From: an uncultured Gammaproteobacteria bacterium | GTDB taxonomy: Bacteria > Patescibacteriota > Patescibacteriia > Patescibacteriales > UBA12465 | Assembly: GCA_964500975.1 (NCBI GenBank) | Contig: CAZCQW010000009.1 | Location: forward strand, 2,823-52,001 | Direction of reading: 5' to 3' | DNA length: 49,179 nucleotides | Shown here: positions 9,491-17,745 of the stretch, one piece after another | Layout of the letters: each line of letters begins with the position of its first letter | How positions within the stretch are numbered: position 1 is the stretch's first letter | Notes under the pieces: generated by a model | What the model was told of the DNA's origin: nothing | The model's input: only the letters and a program-made list of their open reading frames with translations | The model's database searches: none | Translations under genes and position numbers: made by a program

Positions 9491-11785
9491 TTGCTTATGT
9501 ATAATAAAATTTCTTCGATTATTCTCAACTCTGGCAAAGCTAGTAATTTTAGCGATGTTTTTGTTGCTCAGCCTGATTCTTTGAAAGAGAGTCTGGCGGG
9601 TAAAATTTTTATTGTCGCTGATATCGGTGGAAAAAAGATAGATGGAAAAAATATTTTTGATTTTTTGATATCTAGTTTGAATAATAATTATTATAACGAC
9701 GAGAAAATATTATTAAGAGATAAGATTGAGGGTTTAAAAGTTGAAAATATTTTTGAAGCCGCAATTTCTAAAACTAATAAAAGCTTAAACGAGTTTTTGG
9801 TCGCTGAAAAAATTAAGTTAAATACATCAACAACAAACTTAACAATAGGAGTTGTTTTTGAAAATAATCTTTACTTTTCGAGTTTTGGCAAAAACAGATC
9901 TCTTTTGATTTATCGCCACAATGACCAATACGAGATAATTAATGTCGAGGCTAATGCTTCGGATATTAATTCAGCTAACGAATCTAGCGATAGAGCAGTG
10001 TTTAACGCTCCTTCATTTTTTTCTTCGGTTATTAGTGGAGAAATGCCGATTGGTTCATATTTTGTTTTTACTAGCGAAGCTTTGCCGGAATACATTTCCG
10101 CCAAGGATATGATAGCGATTATTACTAAATTGCCACCCATAGTTGCTGCCGAGCAAATTAAAAATATTTTAGTAAAAATAAATTCCTTTATTCCCTTCTT
10201 GGGTGTGATTATTAAAAATACTCTTGGTAGCGATAATCAGGAGGTTCGCGATGAAATTGAGGAAAACCTGAGTGCTCATAGTTCAATTTCTAGTCTTAAT
10301 TATACTGAGCAAAAAACTGAACGCATGTTGGAGCCAGCTGGTTTAATTAGTTTTTCAAAAATTTATAATAACATACTTAGATTTGTTAAAGATTTAAAAC
10401 CAAAGCATAAAATAATTTCAAAAAAAGTTTACAGGCCAGACGAAGATAGGCAGTCAAATATTATTAGTTCTATTTCGGATTCCGAAATAAATCCTGTAAA
10501 GGTTAAAAGTTTAAATTTAGCGAGAGTTGAGTCTTTTTTGATTAAAGAACAAATATTTTTCAAAAAAAAGCCAAGCCTGATTCTTTCTCAGTTTGGTCAT
10601 TTTTTTTCAAATATTTATAATGCAGTTAATTTCAAAAAAATTTATAGCGCCGGTCAGGCTTCAAAAAATTGGTTGTCTGGTTTAAACAAAAATAACCGGT
10701 CTTTACTTATTGGTCTAGGCGCAGTTATTTTTATATTTGTAGCTAGTTTGGGAGTAACTAGTTGGAACAAAAAACGATTAGCTGCTCAAAATAATTATAA
10801 TAATCTTGTTACTACAATTGAAGAAAAGCAGAGTGAGATTGATAACTATCTAGCTTACGGCAACGAAGATGGCGCTAAGAATTCATTAATTGAAGTTCGC
10901 AATCTCTTAAGTTATCTTCCTAAAGAAAAGAAAGATCAGGCTTTGATATATTCTCGTTTTGAAGAAAATATTAATTCAAAATCTGATAAAATTGAAAAAG
11001 TTATTAAAATAGAAAGTCCGGAAAAGATAAATGATTTGAGCGGTTCTCTGATTTCAAATATTGTTTGGGCAGACGGAATAATTTATGCATCAGGCCTAAA
11101 CACAGTCTATAGTATAATTCCTAAATATTCTTCATCTTCAAAATTCAGCATTATTGGCGCGGATAATTTATTAAACCCTCAGTTTGATAAAAAAAGCATT
11201 ATTTATTATTTTGATTCCAATAAAATTGCGAAGTTTGATTTAAAAAATAAACAGTCAAACATAATAAATATTTCCTCTGAAGGTATTCAGTATAATTCCC
11301 CAATGTATGGTTTATTTAATGCTGGAAAATATCTTTATACCTTATCTAAGGAAAAAAATCAGATATACCGATATATTTGCTCTAATAATAGTTGCAGCGC
11401 TGGCAAGGATTGGTTTAAAGAGGGTGTTGATTTAAGTTTGGCTAGTGATTTTTTTGTGAATTCAGTGGACGGAAGACTTTATATTCTTAATACAAATGGA
11501 GAGGTTAAAAAGTTTTATACTGGAAAAATGGAAGCTTATTCTTCTAGTGCAATCTTACCAACTATGACTAGCGCTAGTAAAATAGTTGTTGGAGTTAAAT
11601 ATATTTATATCTTTGAAGCTAGCTCTAAGCGCTTGGCGGTTATGTCGATTAAGGATGGTGGTTTGATGAATCAATATCAGGTAAGCTCACTTAATAATTT
11701 AAAAGATTTTGCTATTGATGAGATTAACAAAACAGCTTACTTTCTTGATGGAGAAATTATTTATAAAATATCTTTAAGCCAGTAG
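9491..11785 (+). CDS. large membrane protein: degenerate PP2C-like N-domain, one TM helix, C-terminal beta-propeller-like domain
   Basis: 764 aa (TTG at 9491, ATG at 9497). IFIVADIGG..., TIGVVFENNLYFSSFGKNRSLLIY and YFVFTSEAL mirror PP2C motifs. TM helix LLIGLGAVIFIFVASLGVTSW. Confidence 0.6.
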   Translation: MLMYNKISSIILNSGKASNFSDVFVAQPDSLKESLAGKIFIVADIGGKKIDGKNIFDFLISSLNNNYYNDEKILLRDKIEGLKVENIFEAAISKTNKSLNEFLVAEKIKLNTSTTNLTIGVVFENNLYFSSFGKNRSLLIYRHNDQYEIINVEANASDINSANESSDRAVFNAPSFFSSVISGEMPIGSYFVFTSEALPEYISAKDMIAIITKLPPIVAAEQIKNILVKINSFIPFLGVIIKNTLGSDNQEVRDEIEENLSAHSSISSLNYTEQKTERMLEPAGLISFSKIYNNILRFVKDLKPKHKIISKKVYRPDEDRQSNIISSISDSEINPVKVKSLNLARVESFLIKEQIFFKKKPSLILSQFGHFFSNIYNAVNFKKIYSAGQASKNWLSGLNKNNRSLLIGLGAVIFIFVASLGVTSWNKKRLAAQNNYNNLVTTIEEKQSEIDNYLAYGNEDGAKNSLIEVRNLLSYLPKEKKDQALIYSRFEENINSKSDKIEKVIKIESPEKINDLSGSLISNIVWADGIIYASGLNTVYSIIPKYSSSSKFSIIGADNLLNPQFDKKSIIYYFDSNKIAKFDLKNKQSNIINISSEGIQYNSPMYGLFNAGKYLYTLSKEKNQIYRYICSNNSCSAGKDWFKEGVDLSLASDFFVNSVDGRLYILNTNGEVKKFYTGKMEAYSSSAILPTMTSASKIVVGVKYIYIFEASSKRLAVMSIKDGGLMNQYQVSSLNNLKDFAIDEINKTAYFLDGEIIYKISLSQ

Positions 11786-11820
11786 TTAAATAGTTAAATA
11801 TATTCATAAAAAATAGATAC

Positions 11821-11851
11821 AAAAAAACCACTCCTTGCAGAGTGGTTTTTT
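11821..11851. terminator. bidirectional intrinsic terminator
   Basis: accactc (11827-11833) / gagtggt (11840-11846), flanked by an A-run and a T-run. Between convergent genes. Confidence 0.85.
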
Positions 11852-11867
11852 ATAAGAATTTTGAAGC

Positions 11868-12260
11868 TTATTTCAAAGTTACCTTTGCACCAGCTTCTTC
11901 TAATTTCTTTTTCATAGCTTCAGCATCAGCTTTCTTAACGCCTTCCTTTAAAACTTTAGGAGCGCCATCAACTAAATCTTTAGCTTCTTTTAAGCCCATT
12001 TCTGTTAATTCACGAACAGCTTTAATAACGTTGATTTTACTTGCACCGCCTTCAGTGATTTCAACATCAAAACTATCTTTTTCTTCAACAGCAGCAGCTG
12101 CAGGAGCAGCAGCCATCATCATAGCTGGAGCAGAAGCGCTAACACCAAACTTTTCTTCTAAGATTTTAACAAGTTCTGCTAAATCTAGAACACTCATTTT
12201 TTCGATTTCGCCAACCAACTTTTCGAATTTAGCTGGGACGATAACATTTTTGTCTTCCAT
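11868..12260 (-). CDS. rplL: 50S ribosomal protein L7/L12
   Basis: 130 aa. Ala-rich hinge [11 protein letters not shown] and C-terminal domain [56 protein letters not shown]. Confidence 0.97.
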   Translation of the reverse strand: MEDKNVIVPAKFEKLVGEIEKMSVLDLAELVKILEEKFGVSASAPAMMMAAAPAAAAVEEKDSFDVEITEGGASKINVIKAVRELTEMGLKEAKDLVDGAPKVLKEGVKKADAEAMKKKLEEAGAKVTLK

Positions 12261-12302
12261 ACTTTTAAAATTAAATTTATTATTAATTATTTTGTTTATT
12301 TA

Positions 12303-12833
12303 TTAAGCTTTCTTTTCTTCAATTGCTTTTAGAACGTAAACTAAATTCTTTAGGTTACCAGCTAAAGCGTTAACGAAGCCGGAGATTGGAGCATTCATAG
12401 TTCCAACTAAGCGTCCGTATAATTCTTGTCTGCTTGGGATTTGTGATAAAGCTTCTACTTCAGTCTTAGTTAGTAATTTATTTTCTAAAATACCTCCTAA
12501 AAAGAAGACGCGAGCTTCCTTGTCTTTGTCCTTACGAAAATTTCCAAGGATTTTAGCAGCTGCTACCTCATCTTCATAAGAGAAGATAGCGGCTAATTTA
12601 CCATCCATATCACGAACATTCAAATCATTCATTTGATCTTTGAAAGCGATGTTCATTAATGTTTTCTTCGCAACATAGTATTCACTATGCTCAACTCTTA
12701 GTTGGTCACGTAGTTTTTCATTATCCTTTACAGATAAAGCGTTGAAACCAGCGAAAACAACAGATTTTGATTTCTTAAATTTTTCGCTTAAATTGCGCAA
12801 AATTTCTTGCTTTTGAATTTTGTTCTTTGGCAT
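12303..12833 (-). CDS. rplJ: 50S ribosomal protein L10
   Basis: 176 aa, directly upstream of rplL. Typical L10 N-terminus (KQEILRNLSEKFKKSKSVVFAGFNALSVKDNEKLRDQLR). Confidence 0.95.
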   Translation of the reverse strand: MPKNKIQKQEILRNLSEKFKKSKSVVFAGFNALSVKDNEKLRDQLRVEHSEYYVAKKTLMNIAFKDQMNDLNVRDMDGKLAAIFSYEDEVAAAKILGNFRKDKDKEARVFFLGGILENKLLTKTEVEALSQIPSRQELYGRLVGTMNAPISGFVNALAGNLKNLVYVLKAIEEKKA

Positions 12834-12967
12834 ATATATTAATTGATATTAAAAAAATCTGTTTACCACAGATTATAAAGACGCTTAAAATAAGCATTTC
12901 TTTACCTCGGCGAGACTTATAGGTGCTAGGAGCACCAAGCTGGCTGTCTGTGGTAATATATAAGTTA
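12834..12967 (-). promoter_or_regulatory. ribosomal protein L10 leader (terminator/antiterminator attenuator)
   Basis: About 134-nt leader. Hairpin ggtgct/agcacc (12922-12936). Long-range stem ccacaga (12953-12947) / tctgtgg (12872-12866). That stem is mutually exclusive with terminator hairpin atctgt/acagat (12873-12857) plus its U-run (12856-12851), just before the ATG. Confidence 0.65.
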
Positions 12968-12973
12968 TGTAAG

Positions 12974-13002
12974 AATATTAGCAGATTAGAGATATTTGTC
13001 AA
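12974..13002 (-). promoter_or_regulatory. rplJL promoter (TTGACA-17-AATATT)
   Basis: tgtcaa at 12997-13002 on the plus strand, 17-nt spacer, AT-rich -10 at 12974-12979. Confidence 0.55.
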
Positions 13003-13108
13003 GAGTTTTGGCTTAAATATGGTTGGGTGTCATAATTGACTTTTTTGCATATTTATTATATAAATTTAAATCAATAATTATTGTTCACGAACATTAAAAT
13101 TTTATAAA

Positions 13109-13627
13109 GTGGAAGCAAAACTAATGATTATTCATGGCCATACAAATAATGGCACGTCTTTAAGCGAGGATTCTTGGAGACGGTGTGGCAAGGCTCTGGG
13201 GTTTATAGAGTCGAATCTTGTTAGCAAGGTAATATGTACTGGCGGTATTTTTTCTAAGAGTCAAAATGGAGTTGCAATTTCAAGTGCGATGAAAAACTGG
13301 TTCAAGTTTAAAGTAAATGCCAATGAAACTATTCTTGAAGAAGAGAGTGAGTCACTGACTACAATCGACAACTGTTTAAAAGTGATTCCAAAGTTAAAGG
13401 ACGAAAAGGTCTATGTTGTATCATCTGATTATCACGCCTTTCGCGTTAAACTGATCTGGCGCTTAATTGGTAAACGAGAAATAGTGTTTCTGAGTGCTGA
13501 GTCAACGAACAAAATATCTAAAGAAAAAATTTTCGTCGAAATAATTGGCGTGGCAGTTATGCTTCTTTGGGTCATAGGCATTAAATGGCCTGAGATGTAT
13601 TTTCGAAAAAAAGCTCGAACATTTTAA
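13109..13627 (+). CDS. DUF218 (YdcF/SanA-like) protein
   Basis: 172 aa (GTG at 13109, ATG at 13124). CTGG...SSAMKNW...TIDNC...VYVVSSDYHAFRVKLIW matches the DUF218 pattern. Confidence 0.7.
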   Translation: MEAKLMIIHGHTNNGTSLSEDSWRRCGKALGFIESNLVSKVICTGGIFSKSQNGVAISSAMKNWFKFKVNANETILEEESESLTTIDNCLKVIPKLKDEKVYVVSSDYHAFRVKLIWRLIGKREIVFLSAESTNKISKEKIFVEIIGVAVMLLWVIGIKWPEMYFRKKARTF

Positions 13628-13650
13628 AGCATTAATTTGCTATGAGATTT

Positions 13651-13678
13651 AGGTAGTTCATTACGAACTACCTTTTTT
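13651..13678. terminator. bidirectional intrinsic terminator
   Basis: aggtagttc (13651-13659) / gaactacct (13665-13673) plus a T-run. Between convergent genes. Confidence 0.8.
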
Positions 13679-14837
13679 ATTTCTTACTCCTCTTGCGCCC
13701 ATAATTAGCAAAACGATGAGCCTCTTCCCTAAGTTTCAATAAAGTTGGTTTAATGTTTTCTGCTAAGTCTTTTAATTCTTTTTTAGTTTTAGGGGTGAAA
13801 ACTAATTTATCGCCCCCAAACTTGGAAATTCCGACCATGGGAATATTAATATTATTTTCAGTAAAAACTTTATTTAAAAAACTAATTTGCGGAGTTCCGC
13901 CATCAATCATAATAATATCTGGCATTTGCCATTCTGTGTGTTTGAAACGACGGAGCAAAACTTCACTTAAGGCTCTTTCATCGTCTGCGCCTGGAGCCTC
14001 TTTTAATTTAAATAAGCGATAATCATTTCTATTCGCTTCCCCGTTTTCAAATACAACCATGGAACCATAACTCTCTTTGCCGGCGTGATGAGAAATATCA
14101 TAACCTTCAAGACGATTTATTTTTTGCTCACCTAAATTATCTTCGCGAGTTAAGAGTGATACGTCTTGAATATGTTTCAGAGCTTTAATTTTATCAGGAT
14201 TATCTTTCATGAGCTTGGCGCTTAAGCGCTTTTTTTCGCCAGATAAAAGTAAAGAAATATTATCAATATTTTTTTGATAATCATGAGCCGAAATTGCGTC
14301 TATGCATCCTCCGGGACAAAGTCCGATTTGATAATCAAAACAAGCCTTACCACTATGCGGCGTGCAGTTTCCGTATGGGAAAATTTGTCTTATTAGGCGA
14401 AGGGCGCCTTGGAGGAGATAGAAAGACTGATATGGGCCAAAGACCTTAGCCTTAGATTCAGGAAATTTTTTCAAATCAGTTCCCCGGACAATTATTGGTT
14501 TAGCGAAATCTATTTTTGGAATTACTAAATAGATAAACGATCTATCGTCACGATCAACAATATTGTATTTAGGCCAGAATTGTTTAATGTATTTAGCTTC
14601 TAGAATTATCGCTTCAAGAAGTGTGTCGGTAACTTCATATTTGATATCATGAGCCGCCTCAACCATTTCGCCAATCCGAGAAGAAATATTTTTTTGGAAA
14701 TACTGACCAAGACGATTTCTTAAACAAGTCGCCCTGCCAACATATAAAACAGTTCCCTTTTTGTCATACCAAAAATATACCCCGGGTTTCTTCGGAATTT
14801 TTTTGAGCTTATCTTTTAAAGGTGTCTTTTTTAGCAT
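13677..14837 (-). CDS. uvrC: excinuclease ABC subunit C, shortened form (386 aa)
   Basis: GIY-YIG domain (KKPGVYFWYDKKGTVLYVGRATCLRNRLGQYF). Cys motif CFDYQIGLCPGGC. RNase-H-like endonuclease domain (LEGYDISHHAGKESYGSMVVFENG..YRLFKL..DDERALSEVLLRRF..PDIIMIDGG). No UVR and no (HhH)2 segment. Confidence 0.85.
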   Translation of the reverse strand: MLKKTPLKDKLKKIPKKPGVYFWYDKKGTVLYVGRATCLRNRLGQYFQKNISSRIGEMVEAAHDIKYEVTDTLLEAIILEAKYIKQFWPKYNIVDRDDRSFIYLVIPKIDFAKPIIVRGTDLKKFPESKAKVFGPYQSFYLLQGALRLIRQIFPYGNCTPHSGKACFDYQIGLCPGGCIDAISAHDYQKNIDNISLLLSGEKKRLSAKLMKDNPDKIKALKHIQDVSLLTREDNLGEQKINRLEGYDISHHAGKESYGSMVVFENGEANRNDYRLFKLKEAPGADDERALSEVLLRRFKHTEWQMPDIIMIDGGTPQISFLNKVFTENNINIPMVGISKFGGDKLVFTPKTKKELKDLAENIKPTLLKLREEAHRFANYGRKRSKK

Positions 14838-14874
14838 ATTGACACTATTTTATTAAGGGATTAAGATAATTATA

Positions 14875-15187
14875 TCAATTGAAACATGGTGATATCGCGG
14901 AAAGGTTCGTGATCGTAAAGATAACGATTAAACACTGCGGAGCTACCCGTTAGTTATATCATCATTAAAATCTCAATTGATCAATCGTTCTTTGCAATTT
15001 TGGTTATTCTTATATATTTCTTTTTAAAGATTCATAAGACATCAAAATCTTACAAGGGGGCGCACAAAAAAGTTAAGTTAAATTTCAACGTTAGCTGCTG
15101 ATTAGCAATTGAAGTTTAAAAAATTAAAAACTATAAAGTTTTGCGCCATAAAAGATCGGCAAGCTCATGCGACCCGGTCTTTTTTTT
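14875..15187 (+). ncRNA. candidate structured small RNA, family unassigned
   Basis: Plus-strand promoter-like TTGACA (14839-14844)-17-TAAGAT (14862-14867). Helices 14888-14895/14956-14963, 15059-15068/15139-15147 and 15082-15088/15109-15115. Terminal hairpin 15153-15159/15174-15180 plus T8. Three of these four helices have G.U pairs that work only on the plus strand. No ORF. Confidence 0.3.
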
Positions 15188-17729
15188 ATTTTACTTCTAT
15201 TTTCTTGGTAAATTTTTCTTTAAGATATTCTTTCAAATACTTTCCCGTAATACTTTTTTCAACTCTCGCAATATCTTCAGGCGAGCCACTAGCTACCAGT
15301 CGTCCGCCGTCTTCCCCACCATCAGGACCAAGGTCAATAATATAGTCCATTGATTTCAGCATGTGCATGTTATGTTCAATAACTAAAACTGAATTTCCCT
15401 TCTCTACTAATTTATTTAAAACGCCAAGTAACATATCGATATCATAATAGTGCAGACCGGTTGTCGGCTCGTCTAATAAATATAAAGTTCTTTTTCCGAG
15501 CGTATGAGTTAACTCTTTAGCAATTTTAATACGCTGCGCTTCACCACCAGATAGAGTTGTTGCGCTTTGACCTATTTTAATATAACCAAGACCAACGGAT
15601 TGTAGAACTTTAAGCTTGTCGGTAATAAAGTAATTGCCTTCAAAATGCTCTACTGCTTCATCAATTGTTAAATCAAGAACTTCGGCAATATTCTTCCCTT
15701 TGTATTTTACTTGGAGAGTTTCGCGGTTAAAACGCTTGCCACGGCAAACATCACATTCAACTAGAACTGGAGGCAAGAAATGCATCTCAATTAGGTTGGC
15801 TCCGGCTCCCTGACAGGCCTCACAACGCCCACCAGGGCGATTAAATGAGAAACGTCCAATAGAATACCCTCTTTCTCTAGATTCGGGCAAAGAAGCGAAG
15901 AAATCACGAATTGGGGTAAATATTCCTGTATAGGTAGCTGGGTTAGATCTTGGGGTGCGACCGATTGGCGATTGGTCAATTACAACAACCTTGTTAATAT
16001 ATTCAGCACCCTTTACTTCCTTAACGTATTCCAGTTTAGCTTTACCGGGACGGGCTTTGATGTGGCTAATATTTTTGTATAAAACATCATACATCAAAGA
16101 TGATTTACCGCTTCCCGAAACGCCACTAATACCAACTAAACGGCCGAGGGGAATTTCAACATTTATATTTTTTAAGTTATTTGCGAAGGCACCTTTTAAT
16201 TTTATTGACCCATGACTTTGTTCGCGACGTTTTTCTGGGAGCTCAATATTTTTTTCACCCATTAAGTATTGGACAGTTAAAGATTTTTTTAATTCCGCTT
16301 TATTCTTTTTCTCATTCAATAAATCTTTGGTATTTCCTATCGCCATAATTTCTCCGCCATGAACACCAGCCAGCGGTCCAAGGTCAACTAAATAATCTGA
16401 TTCTAAAATTGTGCGTTCATCATGCTCAACAATAATCACGGTATTATTTTTATCACGTAATTTTTTTAGAGTTTCTATTAATTTTTCGGTATCACGTTCA
16501 TGCAAGCCAATAGTTGGTTCATCAAGAACGTAAAGAGTTCGTGAAAGATGAGAGCCAATTTGCGATGAGAGACGAATACGTTGTGCTTCCCCGCCGGATA
16601 AAGTATGAGCTTCACGTTCTAGAGATATATAATGTAAACCAACTTTAAGAAGAAATTCAATGCGACTAATAATTTGGACAACAACATTCTCAGCAATAGT
16701 GCGTTCGCGTTTAGTCATCTTCTCATAATATTTATTAAAGAAGTCTAAAGTTTTGTTAATTGGAAGCTTGCAAACATCAGCGATATTTTTTCCACTTATT
16801 TTTACTGACAAGGCTTCTGGTCTTAAGCGCTGTCCCTTGCAAACTGTACACTTATCGTCTTTAAAGAAATTTGTTTTGCCAAGCCCAGAACATTCAGGAC
16901 AAGCACCATGAGGAGAGTTAAAAGAAAATAAACGCGGCTCAACTTCAGGGAAAGAAAAATTATCATTGGGACATGTCCAGTTTGAAGATAATAAAAATTC
17001 TTGTTTTTGATATTGAGCGATAACTAACCCTTTACTATAATCAAGCGAATTTTCTACTGCTTCAAATAAACGAGTTTGATCAGTTAATAAAATTTTATCA
17101 ATCACGATATCAATGTCGTGCTTCTGTTTTGGATTAAGTTTTACTTGTTCGCGCAAAGAATGAATTTCGCCATCAATTCTAGATTCGCCGTATCCAAGTG
17201 ATAAATAGTTATAAAGAATTTGGTAATATTCACCTTTACGATCGCGAACGATTGGCGACAAGATAACTACATATTCTTCGCCCGCATCTTGTCCGCGGTT
17301 AATAATAATATCAACCATTTCTTCAGTTGAAAGTTTTTCAATTTTTGTTCCGCATAAAGGACAAAAGACTTCACCAACGCGCGCATACAAAACTCTTAAG
17401 TAATCATAAATATCAGTTAAAGTTCCAACCGTCGAACGTGGGTTATGCGAAAGAGCTTTTTGATCAATTGAAATAGATGGGGCAAGACCAATAATTTCAT
17501 CAACATCAGCTGCTTTTTTTTGACCAAGAAATTGGCGCATGTATGGAGATAGTGATTCAACGTATTGTCTTTGGCCTTCGGCGAAAATTGTATCAAAAGC
17601 CAGCGACGATTTGCCGCTTCCGGAAACACCGGTAATAACCGTTAATTTATTATGAGGTATTTCTAAGCTAATATTTTTTAAGTTGTGCATTCGCGCCCCG
17701 CGAATTATTAATTTTTCATTATCTGACAT
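15186..17729 (-). CDS. uvrA: excinuclease ABC subunit A, lacking the insertion domain (847 aa)
   Basis: Two ABC modules (GVSGSGKSSL twice, LSGGEAQRI twice) and zinc motifs. CPECSGLG is separated from CTVCKGQRL by only 9 residues. Confidence 0.95.
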   Translation of the reverse strand: MSDNEKLIIRGARMHNLKNISLEIPHNKLTVITGVSGSGKSSLAFDTIFAEGQRQYVESLSPYMRQFLGQKKAADVDEIIGLAPSISIDQKALSHNPRSTVGTLTDIYDYLRVLYARVGEVFCPLCGTKIEKLSTEEMVDIIINRGQDAGEEYVVILSPIVRDRKGEYYQILYNYLSLGYGESRIDGEIHSLREQVKLNPKQKHDIDIVIDKILLTDQTRLFEAVENSLDYSKGLVIAQYQKQEFLLSSNWTCPNDNFSFPEVEPRLFSFNSPHGACPECSGLGKTNFFKDDKCTVCKGQRLRPEALSVKISGKNIADVCKLPINKTLDFFNKYYEKMTKRERTIAENVVVQIISRIEFLLKVGLHYISLEREAHTLSGGEAQRIRLSSQIGSHLSRTLYVLDEPTIGLHERDTEKLIETLKKLRDKNNTVIIVEHDERTILESDYLVDLGPLAGVHGGEIMAIGNTKDLLNEKKNKAELKKSLTVQYLMGEKNIELPEKRREQSHGSIKLKGAFANNLKNINVEIPLGRLVGISGVSGSGKSSLMYDVLYKNISHIKARPGKAKLEYVKEVKGAEYINKVVVIDQSPIGRTPRSNPATYTGIFTPIRDFFASLPESRERGYSIGRFSFNRPGGRCEACQGAGANLIEMHFLPPVLVECDVCRGKRFNRETLQVKYKGKNIAEVLDLTIDEAVEHFEGNYFITDKLKVLQSVGLGYIKIGQSATTLSGGEAQRIKIAKELTHTLGKRTLYLLDEPTTGLHYYDIDMLLGVLNKLVEKGNSVLVIEHNMHMLKSMDYIIDLGPDGGEDGGRLVASGSPEDIARVEKSITGKYLKEYLKEKFTKKIEVK

Positions 17730-17745
17730 ATTTTTATTTCATTTT

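Noticed and set aside
11842-12306. 154-aa plus-strand ORF opposite rplL
   Set aside because: Mirror-frame artefact of the Ala/Lys-rich rplL gene. rplL identity is unambiguous.
12775-13002. 75-aa minus-strand ORF upstream of and overlapping rplJ
   Set aside because: It covers the structured L10 leader and overlaps the rplJ start in another frame. The region is better explained as leader RNA.
14888-14963. 76-nt cloverleaf-like fold (8-bp acceptor-like stem, D-like arm with GG, 5-bp stem with 7-nt loop): possible tRNA
   Set aside because: The anticodon-like loop is AAAGATA (no U33, pyrimidine at position 37). There is no T-arm or TPsiC consensus. The spacing between the acceptor and D stems is wrong, and the minus-strand version is worse. 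It is treated as part of the candidate sRNA instead.
14875-15187. tmRNA or RNase P RNA in the uvrA-uvrC spacer (GGGGGCGCAC at 15056, GGAAAGG at 14899, ACCCGG at 15172)
   Set aside because: No tRNA-like 3' domain, no TTCGA T-loop and no plausible tag reading frame ending in LAA, so not tmRNA. The GGAAAG... and ...ACCCGG segments cannot form a P4 helix with each other and the other conserved RNase P regions are missing, so not RNase P RNA.
15109-15353. Two overlapping plus-strand ORFs (78 and 70 aa) across the uvrA 3' end
   Set aside because: They are antisense to uvrA, with low-complexity peptides. They start inside the structured spacer.
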